Origin: an uncultured Rhodobacterales bacterium
Lineage (GTDB): Bacteria > Pseudomonadota > Alphaproteobacteria > Rhodobacterales > Rhodobacteraceae
Direction: 5' to 3'
Length of the DNA stretch: 47,078 nucleotides
Assembly: GCA_964594465.1 (NCBI GenBank)
Contig: CAZQMR010000001.1
Span: 1 to 47,078 of the forward strand
Shown here piece after piece: positions 18,216 to 26,627 of the stretch; position 1 is the first letter of the stretch; each line of letters opens with the position of its first letter. The notes under the pieces are model-generated. The model was given only the letters and a program-made list of their open reading frames with translations. It had not been told where the DNA came from and ran no database searches. The translations under genes and the position numbers were made by a program.

Positions 18216-19043
18216 CTAACCCTTTACGGCTCCGAGTGACATTCCGCGCACGATGAAGCGCTGCATAGTTCCAACAACCACCATCATGGGCAAAACACCG
18301 AGCATGCTCATGGCTCCGATTTTGGACCAGAAGGTTGATTGAGATCCGAAATATCCAGTGACTTTCACGGTATATGTCACGGCTTCGGACTTGGTGAGGA
18401 TAAGCGCGAACAGGAAGTCGTTCCACGCGAAGATAAATGTGAAGACAGCCGTGGCGAAGAGCCCGGCGCGGGCCATTGGCAGCACGACCTTCCACAAAAC
18501 AGCCCAACGTGTGTGGCCATCCACAAGTGCGGATTGTTCCAGTTCTAGGGGAATGTCTTGGATATACCCACGCATCATCCAGGTGACGTATGGGACGTTA
18601 AAGGCAGTGTATAACAGGATCAGACCCATCCGTGTGTCGACCCATTGCCATGTGACGAACAACAGAAAGATTGGGAAAGCGACGCAGATTGGCGGGATCA
18701 TCCGCTGCGAGATGATCCAGATCGCCAAATGCTCACCTCCCGTTCTGAACCGAACAATCGAGTAAGCCGCCGCTGTTCCGATAATCATGGCTAAAACCGT
18801 GCTGACACTGGCGGTGACCAGTGAATTCCAGACGGCCCAAGCATCACCGTCGCGAAAGAGCGTGAAATATGCGGAAAACTGGAATTCAGACGGGAACCAA
18901 ACCGGTGGATAGGAGTAGATTTCATCTGGTGTCTTCACTGAGATCATCGCCAGCCAGTAGACCGGAAAAACGAAGAGCAAAGTTATTAGGCAGGCAAGTG
19001 CGAGCCGAATGTATAAACGCCAGCCTCGGTCCCAGCGGATCAT
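18216..19043 (-). CDS. Carbohydrate ABC transporter permease (MalG-like)
   Basis: ATG at 19043 forms an ATGA overlap with the upstream stop. EAA loop 'EQSALVDGHTRWAVLWKVVLPMARAG'. Confidence 0.85.
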   Translation of the reverse strand: MIRWDRGWRLYIRLALACLITLLFVFPVYWLAMISVKTPDEIYSYPPVWFPSEFQFSAYFTLFRDGDAWAVWNSLVTASVSTVLAMIIGTAAAYSIVRFRTGGEHLAIWIISQRMIPPICVAFPIFLLFVTWQWVDTRMGLILLYTAFNVPYVTWMMRGYIQDIPLELEQSALVDGHTRWAVLWKVVLPMARAGLFATAVFTFIFAWNDFLFALILTKSEAVTYTVKVTGYFGSQSTFWSKIGAMSMLGVLPMMVVVGTMQRFIVRGMSLGAVKG

Positions 19044-19927
19044 CGTTCGACCTCCACTCTGCGTAATAGCCAAATCACCAGTACGGTCAGAAAGAAGATC
19101 ACCAAGAAGGCGATGGCCGAAGAATAGGACGTTTCAAACTCGCGGAATGCCATATTGTAGGCGTAGATCGAAATAGTCTCAGTCTTCGTTCCGGGTCCGC
19201 CCTGCGTCATCGTCCAGATAATGTCAAAGATACGAAATAGGTCCAGGCCACGGATCAACAATGCGATAATCATGACCGGCAAGATTGCAGGCAATACGAT
19301 CCTTCTAAACGTCATCCACCAAGAGGCGCCATCAATCTGGGCCGCTTCAAGCTGTTCCTTGTCGACATTGGACAAAGCTGCATAAAGCATCAGGAACATA
19401 AAGGGCGTCCACTGCCAAACCTCTGCCAGCATAATGGCAGGCCACACCAGATGGCTTTCGATTGTCCAAAGAATTTCGACATCGCGACCCGCGAACCAGC
19501 CGATAAGTTGGTTCACCGGACCAAAGCGTTGATCTAGCATCAAGCGCCAGGTCGACCCCGCTACAATGGGCGAGATAATAGTGGGCAAAAGGATGATTGC
19601 GACGAAGAATGATTTGAACGGTATTCGTTCCAAGAACAGCAGCGCTAGGAGATATCCAAGCACGAGTTCAATTGGCAAAGCTATCAGCGTGAACACGACC
19701 GTGTGCAGGATTGATTCCCAAAGCCGACTGTCTTCAAACAAGCGGCTGTAATGTTTAAATCCCTGCCAGTTGGTGTCCGCGCCGAACATCGAGATGTCCT
19801 GAAACGAGGTTACAGCAAGCTTAACCAAGGGATACAAACCGATAAGAAGAATAACGAAAACTGCTGGCGCAATGAGCAGGTATTTGAAGACCTTCGGGTT
19901 ATCTAAGGTGCGTGTCAGAGTGCTCAT
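19040..19927 (-). CDS. Carbohydrate ABC transporter permease (MalF-like)
   Basis: 295 aa. EAA loop 'EAAQIDGASWWMTFRRIVLPAILP'. Confidence 0.9.
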   Translation of the reverse strand: MSTLTRTLDNPKVFKYLLIAPAVFVILLIGLYPLVKLAVTSFQDISMFGADTNWQGFKHYSRLFEDSRLWESILHTVVFTLIALPIELVLGYLLALLFLERIPFKSFFVAIILLPTIISPIVAGSTWRLMLDQRFGPVNQLIGWFAGRDVEILWTIESHLVWPAIMLAEVWQWTPFMFLMLYAALSNVDKEQLEAAQIDGASWWMTFRRIVLPAILPVMIIALLIRGLDLFRIFDIIWTMTQGGPGTKTETISIYAYNMAFREFETSYSSAIAFLVIFFLTVLVIWLLRRVEVER

Positions 19928-19949
19928 TCAGGTTTTCCAAAATTGGCGG

Positions 19950-19979
19950 GTGTCCCAAGGTCCAAAGCCGTTGGGACAC
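19950..19979 (-). promoter_or_regulatory. Intercistronic stem-loop between the SBP and permease genes
   Basis: GTGTCCCAA (19950-19958) pairs with TTGGGACAC (19971-19979). Confidence 0.45.
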
Positions 19980-19993
19980 ACCGGAAGTGATGT

Positions 19994-21442
19994 TTACTTA
20001 GGATAGGAGTTGGGTTTGCTCGCCCAATCCAGATAAACACGCTTTTGCTTGTCAGTGCCGATCCGGTCGGTCAATGCATCCCAATCCGCTGCAACCTGAT
20101 CAAGAACCCCTTGAGGATTTTCCCCGGCCCAAAGACGGCTGAAGCCCTGACGCAGTGCTTCGTTGTAACGGTCGATCTGGATTAGAGACAAATCGAGCAT
20201 GCCAGTGTTGGCGCCCTCTTCAAGAATATCTAGATACTCGCCCGCAGACGGCCAACGTGAACGATAGTCTTCGTTTGCGAAGTGGCTGGTCCGGAAGGGG
20301 TCACGAAGCGCATATGGTAACTGCACACGCTGGAGACTTATCTCTTCAGAATTCATCCACATAGCATAGAGGAACGCAGCTTCTTTGTGCTTGGACCCGG
20401 ACGCGACGGATAGCGAGAAACCTGCTGCGAGTGCTGGTTTGCCACCTGGTGGCAGCGCGTACCCGATCGTGTCTGCGACAGTTGTTTCGGGAATCCAGCT
20501 CAAGGCTTCTTCGCCCTTACCGTATCCAGCAGCCCAACGACCAACCGGTGGCCAGCTTACGGCCATTGCGATGTCACCTGCAAGGAATGCTGAGAAGACC
20601 TCTCCAAAGCCCCACTGTTCGACACCAGCGGGCATCCATTCGTTTTCGGCCAGCATACCCTGCATGGTGCGCAGACCTGCTTCGGAATTCACCGTGGCTT
20701 TCATCGTATCAGGGTCAAAGAACCGCCCGCCTTCTACGCGGAAACGCTCTTCGAACAAGAACTTAGCGGTACCCGGCTGACGGAACATTCCGGCGCCGTA
20801 AAGGTCTGGGCCAAATTTGTCGGTGATGAACTGACCAATATCGCTGAACTGATCCCAAGTCTTTGGGGGTGCCAGATCATAGCCATGCTTGGCCTTGAAC
20901 TCTGCCATGTTCTCAGGATTTTCGAAAACATCCTTGCGATAGTACATAACAAACACGTCGCCATCGTCGGGCAGGCCGTAGATTGTACCTTCAACCTTCA
21001 TCTGGTTGTCGCGGTAAACCGGCGCAATCTTGTCCAGTTCCTCAGCGTAATTATACTTTGCGACGAAATCGTCGAGCGGCTCCAGAGCGCCAGCAAGTGC
21101 AAGGTCAGGCATTTGGCTTGGAAGGACGTTCAACACGTCATACCCGCCGCCGCCACCCAAGTGGTCTTGCATCGTCTTGGTGAACATCTCCTCGTTGGGA
21201 GACTCAATGACATTGATCTTGATGCCAGTCAGTTCCTCCCACATTGGGCCCGTAAAGTTCTTGGGATCCAATGGCTGAAGACCGGCTTCGTAGAACACAT
21301 TGAGTGTGATCCCGGAATACGCCTTGGCCGCCTCAACGGCGCGTTCGGCCGCAGATTGGGCAAAAGCGCCGCCAGCGCTTGTGGCCAGAACCGAGGCCGC
21401 GGTGAGTGCCAGAGCTTTGCGCCTGGTCAGGTTGAGCAACAT
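19994..21442 (-). CDS. Carbohydrate ABC transporter substrate-binding protein (family 1, large ~480-aa form)
   Basis: ATG at 21442 preceded by GGAGGA. Tat-like signal 'LTRRKALALTAASVLATSAGGAFAQ'. The longer ORF reaching 21601 would overlap the upstream gene. Confidence 0.85.
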   Translation of the reverse strand: MLLNLTRRKALALTAASVLATSAGGAFAQSAAERAVEAAKAYSGITLNVFYEAGLQPLDPKNFTGPMWEELTGIKINVIESPNEEMFTKTMQDHLGGGGGYDVLNVLPSQMPDLALAGALEPLDDFVAKYNYAEELDKIAPVYRDNQMKVEGTIYGLPDDGDVFVMYYRKDVFENPENMAEFKAKHGYDLAPPKTWDQFSDIGQFITDKFGPDLYGAGMFRQPGTAKFLFEERFRVEGGRFFDPDTMKATVNSEAGLRTMQGMLAENEWMPAGVEQWGFGEVFSAFLAGDIAMAVSWPPVGRWAAGYGKGEEALSWIPETTVADTIGYALPPGGKPALAAGFSLSVASGSKHKEAAFLYAMWMNSEEISLQRVQLPYALRDPFRTSHFANEDYRSRWPSAGEYLDILEEGANTGMLDLSLIQIDRYNEALRQGFSRLWAGENPQGVLDQVAADWDALTDRIGTDKQKRVYLDWASKPNSYPK

Positions 21443-21467
21443 AGTTTTTCCTCCCACTTGTTGTCGT

Positions 21468-23360
21468 TCAATTTGGTGCAGTTTCCATTTCGATGAAGGC
21501 CACTGAGAAGGCCGACAAGCTGAGCTTTTCGGTCTTTGTCTGCGCTGCGTTCGCGAGCCAATCGGGTGACGCCGTTGCGGCATCGAAAGATTGGGCGTCA
21601 AGAATTGTGACGCTAGCCGCTTGCCCCAGCAGAATTTCCTTCGTTGTATCGGTCGTGTTCGCCATCATGATCCGCGCCGCCCCGGCGATCAAAGCACCGT
21701 ATCCCGAAACGCCATCGCCAATTCCCGCAATCGAAAGGCGAGGGTGCCCGGCCATCAGACATGCCTCGCGCACAACGTGGAACAGCGGGTAAACCGCGCG
21801 CCTGGCCCCGTCATACCCAGCTTGCGGATAGTCATTTGGCTCATAACAAAGCCCAAAGGGCCCGACCGGAGCGCCAAGGCAGATCGCTTCAACATTGCTC
21901 TCATAGGTCGCCGCCAGGACCCCCACTGCGAAGGCGGATCCAAACAGACCGCGATGACGTGGTTCGATCTTTGCCATCGTGCGGCGCACCTGCGCGGGGT
22001 TTTGAGCAACTGCCGCCCCGTAAGGGTTGGACCGCATCCCAATGCTGGATAACCCAAGGCGATAGGGGAGACCCTTTGCCATTGCGTCCGTACTGGAAAA
22101 AATCTGTGGCAGAGCCTCAAGCGTTTCCAGAACGGACATGTCATCGCCGGCATGGACAAGCGGCGTCAGGCTGTGCGTAACGTAGTCACATTTGGAGACG
22201 TCTGGCCGATATCGGTTCATCTCGGTAAAATTTGTCAGCATCCCGCCACCGATCATGGACTTGGGAAAGGCTTGTCGAACTGCATCAAGGATGTCGTTTG
22301 GCGCAGCGCCGTCCGGCCATGGCCCGACCGGCTGATGGCTACCAAGATAGGCTTCAGGAAGGGCGATAACCCGCCTTGGCACAATGCCGTGATTTTCAAG
22401 CGCCGTTGCCAGTTCTTGAAGGTCGGATTCTGCACGTGTGGCGGCAGGAAGGACGATTTCTAAATCGATAATTTCCCAACCACGCAGGAAGTCTGCCAGT
22501 TTATCGATCCTATCCAAGTTCGGCGTTGTTCGCAGTAAGACATGCGAAAACCCGCTTAGGGCGATGTCAGTCTTGGGCAACCAATCGGCTTCAAGCGCAA
22601 GTCCGACGTCGATCGCGTTCTCTTTGGTTTGCGCAACGTGCAGAGCGGTTTTTACTGCACCAGCATCTGACGAAACAGCGTCGCCATCACAGGTTATGCG
22701 AACTGATTGTTTCGTGGGCTGTGAAATTTCGTAGGTAAAGGGATAGACCAATGGCACACAGTAAGTTTTGTAAGATGCGTCCGACCAGTTTCTTTGGTCT
22801 TCCATCTCAAAAACTTCGCCGCCAAAGACGATGGCTACACCTTGTCCGCCCAATTCGTACTTCAGTTCTGATATGTCTTTGACAGGCTGGTCGGGCTGAA
22901 TGTGAAGTGGAAAGCGCGTGTTTTCCCTGGTTCCGTTCGAATGCGTTACAGCGAGCGGAGACCCTGCAACGCCTTTGATTGGATGCAAAACGGTAAAGCC
23001 AGCTCGATTGGTTGCAAACGTACCGTTATTGGGCGTCATCGTCAGCTCCGCAACAATAACGCCTTTGGAAGAAGCGTGGATGTGCAGGTCACACGTCAGT
23101 CTGCCGCCGCCAACAGCGAACTTCAGTCCAGCCTCGAAATCATGGGTGGTTTGGGACCATTCATCGACAATCTCCACCGGATAAGTGCCCCAATTTTCAT
23201 CTCGTATTGGCCACGCCAACGCACGCACCAATTCGGTCCCATTCCATGAGATGCGCCGCAAGCCCTCTTGTGAATAAAAAAACGAAAGTGGACCGGTCGT
23301 CACCCTCCGCAGTGCAGGCAGGGACTCGCCAGTTCCATAGAGTTTCTCAAGAGCGTTCAT
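21468..23360 (-). CDS. Conserved-looking protein of unknown function (~630 aa); first gene of the second CUT1 ABC operon
   Basis: Long, uninterrupted ORF with coding-like composition. ATG at 23360 (TTG at 23369 is an alternative). I recognise no catalytic motif. There is no signal peptide and no TM segment. Confidence 0.7.
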   Translation of the reverse strand: MNALEKLYGTGESLPALRRVTTGPLSFFYSQEGLRRISWNGTELVRALAWPIRDENWGTYPVEIVDEWSQTTHDFEAGLKFAVGGGRLTCDLHIHASSKGVIVAELTMTPNNGTFATNRAGFTVLHPIKGVAGSPLAVTHSNGTRENTRFPLHIQPDQPVKDISELKYELGGQGVAIVFGGEVFEMEDQRNWSDASYKTYCVPLVYPFTYEISQPTKQSVRITCDGDAVSSDAGAVKTALHVAQTKENAIDVGLALEADWLPKTDIALSGFSHVLLRTTPNLDRIDKLADFLRGWEIIDLEIVLPAATRAESDLQELATALENHGIVPRRVIALPEAYLGSHQPVGPWPDGAAPNDILDAVRQAFPKSMIGGGMLTNFTEMNRYRPDVSKCDYVTHSLTPLVHAGDDMSVLETLEALPQIFSSTDAMAKGLPYRLGLSSIGMRSNPYGAAVAQNPAQVRRTMAKIEPRHRGLFGSAFAVGVLAATYESNVEAICLGAPVGPFGLCYEPNDYPQAGYDGARRAVYPLFHVVREACLMAGHPRLSIAGIGDGVSGYGALIAGAARIMMANTTDTTKEILLGQAASVTILDAQSFDAATASPDWLANAAQTKTEKLSLSAFSVAFIEMETAPN

Positions 23361-23402
23361 TTTATTCAATCACCGAACCCACGCAACATCGTACGTAACA
23401 TA

Positions 23403-23417
23403 CTCATTATACCAGCT
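23403..23417 (-). promoter_or_regulatory. Shared box copy d: AGCTGGTATAATGAG (oriented toward the 630-aa/ABC operon)
   Basis: The plus strand reads CTCATTATACCAGCT. Lies ~45 nt upstream of the 23360 start. Confidence 0.55.
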
Positions 23418-23471
23418 ATAAAGACGCGTCAAACCTAAAGGTCTCAAGCCAGGTCAAGAGTTGAGAATGGT

Positions 23472-24215
23472 TTAGGTGGCGCGGCGCGGTGCGAACATTT
23501 CCCGGGACCGGTCTAGATGGCTTTGCATTTCAACCACGGCACCTGCGGAATCTTTCTCTGCGATGCAGTCAATAATCCGTGCATGTTCTGCCAAAGTGAT
23601 TTCCTCGTTGCCCGACCAATGCAACAATGCGGTGTGGAACTCCTGCAGCCAGCGCAGCATTGCGCTTGAAGCGGCGGTCACAACAGGGTTGCCGAGAATA
23701 TCTGCAATACCTGTATGAAACGCCATGTCCGCCTCAATGAAGTTTCGAACATCGACATTGTCCGACAAGAATTTTTCTTGTTTCGCATTCAAGCTACGAA
23801 GGGCCTCAATATGCTCTTCTGTCGCCTTCTGAGCTGCGGCATTGACAATTCCAAGCTCGAACATTCGTCGTGCTTCTTTGAGGTGTTCCAGATTGGCCGG
23901 CACTGCGTCCAGCAGAATTTTCGCAACGGTATCGCTTTGATCAAGCACAAGATTGGCCGAAAGTTCATTGACCCGGCTTCGCTCACCATGGCTGATCGTG
24001 ATCAGTCCCTGAGTATGCATGGATTGCAATGCTTCACGAACCGCTGGGCGACCGACGCTAAAGCGTTCCATCAAGGCACGTTCCGACGGTAAATAATCGC
24101 CAGGGCTAAGCTCACCGCTACGGAGCATCTCGCGCAACCGTTCCAACACTTGTTCGGAGAGTTTCAGTCTTACAATCTTTTCCGCACTTTTCTGCGGTAC
24201 ATCAGATGTCATCAT
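23472..24215 (-). CDS. GntR-family transcriptional regulator, FadR subfamily (paralog 2)
   Basis: 247 aa. '[41 protein letters not shown]' is nearly identical to the wHTH of paralog 1. Confidence 0.85.
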   Translation of the reverse strand: [247 protein letters not shown]

Positions 24216-24315
24216 TCATTCCATTTTTTTCGACCAAATCTCAAGGTATCGGATTATAAGTCAACTGAATTGATCTTCTCTGACGTTGACCTTAACCAAA
24301 GCCAAGAGTAGTAGA

Positions 24316-24330
24316 TACTGGTATGATGAG
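24316..24330 (+). promoter_or_regulatory. Shared box copy e: TACTGGTATGATGAG (13 nt upstream of the kinase ATG)
   Basis: One mismatch in the TATAAT core relative to copies a and d. Confidence 0.5.
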
Positions 24331-24342
24331 GTGATATATAAC

Positions 24343-25710
24343 ATGAATTCCCCTGCTGCCAACAAATTCCGTCGACCTTTGGTCGCTTGGCTAGGAGATG
24401 ATTTCACTGGAGCCGCCGCCGTTATGGAGGTTTTGAGCTTCGCCGGACTGCCGTCAATCTTGTACTTATCCACACCTGACGCAAAGGCTCTAGAAGAAAA
24501 CAAGGACTGCGTGGGGATTGGTATCGCTACTCTCGCGCGGTCAAAATCACCGGATTGGATGGAAGACAACCTTCCAGCGGTTTTTGAGTTTCTTGATCAG
24601 ACGGGAGCCGAACTGGTGCACTATAAAATCTGCACCACGCTCGACTCTTCACCATTGGTTGGATCGATCGGCAAAGCCATTGATCTGGGCCTAAAACATT
24701 TTGGAGAAGCCGCAGTTCCGGTGGTGACAGCAGCCCCGCAAATGAGACGGTATCAAGCCTTTGGGTCTTTGTTTTGCTCAGCTGCCAACGGAGTATACCG
24801 GCTCGATCGCCACCCGGTCATGGCCCATCATCCAGTGACACCGATGGATGAAGCGGATGTCGCCCGCCACTTAGCAAAGCAAACGCAAAGGCCGACGGGC
24901 TGCATAGATCTGGAGGATCTTTCAGAGCAGCGCGCGGCTCAGAAGCTGGAAAGTGCCGCGCAAGTCTGGACCCTTGATCTGACAGCCGCCGAGCAACAAG
25001 CAGAAGTGGGTCGCCTGCTTTGGGAGCGGCGTAAAGACAGCCGCTTTGTTGTGGGGTCTCAGGGTATTGAATACACGTTGGTCTCTTATCTGCGCGAGCA
25101 GGGCATAATCGAGTCAATCGCCCCTCCACCTGGTCTTGGGCGAGACAACAATTTTGCAGTCGTATCCGGCTCGGTATCTCCAACCAGCGCTGCGCAAATT
25201 GCTTGGGCACGCGAAAACGGTTTTGCCGCAATCCGGCTTAACGCGGCGCAGCTTTTATCTGGCGATGCCGCAATGGTGGAGGATCAGGCGTTGTCCGAAG
25301 CAAAGGCTGCTCTTGCAATAGGCAAGCCGCCCATCATCTTTACTGCGGAGGGCCCCGACGACCCAACCCTGGACGAAGTCAATAAAGCCGCGTCAGGCGA
25401 CATGGATCATGCAAATGACCTGATCGGCCAAGCGCTTGGTAGGATCATGCGGGCTTTGGTTATTGATCTTGATCTGCGACGCATCGCCGTATCGGGCGGT
25501 GATACATCTGGCCGGGTCTGCAAGGAATTGGGCATCTATGCATTGGTCGCGGTTTCTCCGACCATCCCTGGGGCTGCAATATGCCGAGCACGTGCGAACG
25601 GCAAATTAGACGGTCTCGAAATTGCACTGAAAGGCGGCCAGATGGGTTCGCCCGATTATTTTGGCTGGGTGCGCGATGGAGGCGGGGTTTCGTCGCAGCG
25701 ATCAGCTTAG
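24343..25710 (+). CDS. DUF1537 'four-carbon acid sugar kinase' family protein
   Basis: ATG at 24343 in ORF 24286-25710. N-terminal 'VAWLGDDFTGAAAV' and C-terminal nucleotide-binding 'IAVSGGDTSGRV' are motifs characteristic of the OtnK/DtnK/OiaK family. Confidence 0.8.
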   Translation: MNSPAANKFRRPLVAWLGDDFTGAAAVMEVLSFAGLPSILYLSTPDAKALEENKDCVGIGIATLARSKSPDWMEDNLPAVFEFLDQTGAELVHYKICTTLDSSPLVGSIGKAIDLGLKHFGEAAVPVVTAAPQMRRYQAFGSLFCSAANGVYRLDRHPVMAHHPVTPMDEADVARHLAKQTQRPTGCIDLEDLSEQRAAQKLESAAQVWTLDLTAAEQQAEVGRLLWERRKDSRFVVGSQGIEYTLVSYLREQGIIESIAPPPGLGRDNNFAVVSGSVSPTSAAQIAWARENGFAAIRLNAAQLLSGDAAMVEDQALSEAKAALAIGKPPIIFTAEGPDDPTLDEVNKAASGDMDHANDLIGQALGRIMRALVIDLDLRRIAVSGGDTSGRVCKELGIYALVAVSPTIPGAAICRARANGKLDGLEIALKGGQMGSPDYFGWVRDGGGVSSQRSA

Positions 25711-25812
25711 ACAAGTGTTACAACTATTTTTGGCACGAAATTTTGGGAATTGGCTTTCCCAAGCCGACTTTAGTGCCCCTTGCAAAGACTGCAAAGCACA
25801 CTGATATGCAGA

Positions 25813-26604
25813 TCACCAGCAGCAGAAGCCGCCATCTACCAACAGATCCACGCCTGTGCAATAGGACGCAGCATCTGACAGCAAAAACACCGCAGGCCCG
25901 ACCATCTCGTTGACATCCGCCATACGCTGCATTGGGGTCTGGCTTTCAAATTCCTTGGTCTGGTGGATCATTTCGGGCCGCGTGTTCATCGGCGTCGCGG
26001 TATATCCCGGCGATATAGAATTGACCCGGATGCCGCGATCCACCCACTCCATCGCGATGGATTTGGACATATGGATCACGCCAGCCTTGGACGCATTATA
26101 ATGCACTTGATTGAGGCCACGATTGACAATCACACCCGACATCGAGGCGATATTGACGATGGACCCGCCCAGCCCATGAGCGAGCATAGCGCGCCCCTCT
26201 GCCTGACAGGACAGCCAGATGCCCTTCATATTGATGTCCATAAGGGTCTGGTACTGATCTTCGGGCATATCCTCGATGCCCTCTGCATTGGCGATACCTG
26301 CTGCATTGAGCGCCAGCCGCAAAGGGCCAAGCTCCGCCTCGGTTTGCGCGACCGCCGCCGCCATAGCCTCGCCAGAGGTCACATCGGCTGCAATCTGAAG
26401 CGACTTGCACCCGCTTGATGCAATCGCCGCAGCGGTATCCGCCAGCCCATTATCCGTGCGACGGTCCAGCAGGGCCACATCCGCCCCGCATTGCGCAAGA
26501 CCCATCGCAATCCGCTGTCCGATCCCGCTGCCTGCACCCGTTACAAGCGCCACGCGCCCTGAGAGATCAAAGAGGGCAGGCGCGTTAAGGGATATGTCCG
26601 ACAT
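25813..26604 (-). CDS. Short-chain dehydrogenase/reductase (polyol/sugar dehydrogenase-like)
   Basis: 'VTGAGSGIGQRIA', catalytic 'YNASKAG', and 'SPGYTATPM'. Sits 23 nt downstream of the ABC ATPase gene, so probably in the same operon. Confidence 0.85.
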   Translation of the reverse strand: MSDISLNAPALFDLSGRVALVTGAGSGIGQRIAMGLAQCGADVALLDRRTDNGLADTAAAIASSGCKSLQIAADVTSGEAMAAAVAQTEAELGPLRLALNAAGIANAEGIEDMPEDQYQTLMDINMKGIWLSCQAEGRAMLAHGLGGSIVNIASMSGVIVNRGLNQVHYNASKAGVIHMSKSIAMEWVDRGIRVNSISPGYTATPMNTRPEMIHQTKEFESQTPMQRMADVNEMVGPAVFLLSDAASYCTGVDLLVDGGFCCW

Positions 26605-26627
26605 AATTGTTTCCTTTCGAACCGGGC

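Noticed and set aside
8362-24330. Interpreting the shared box purely as a sigma-70 extended -10 promoter element
   Set aside because: Not fully rejected. However, copy c is inverted relative to its gene, and copies c and e lie 13-15 nt from start codons. Both features fit an operator overlapping the promoter better than a simple -10 element.
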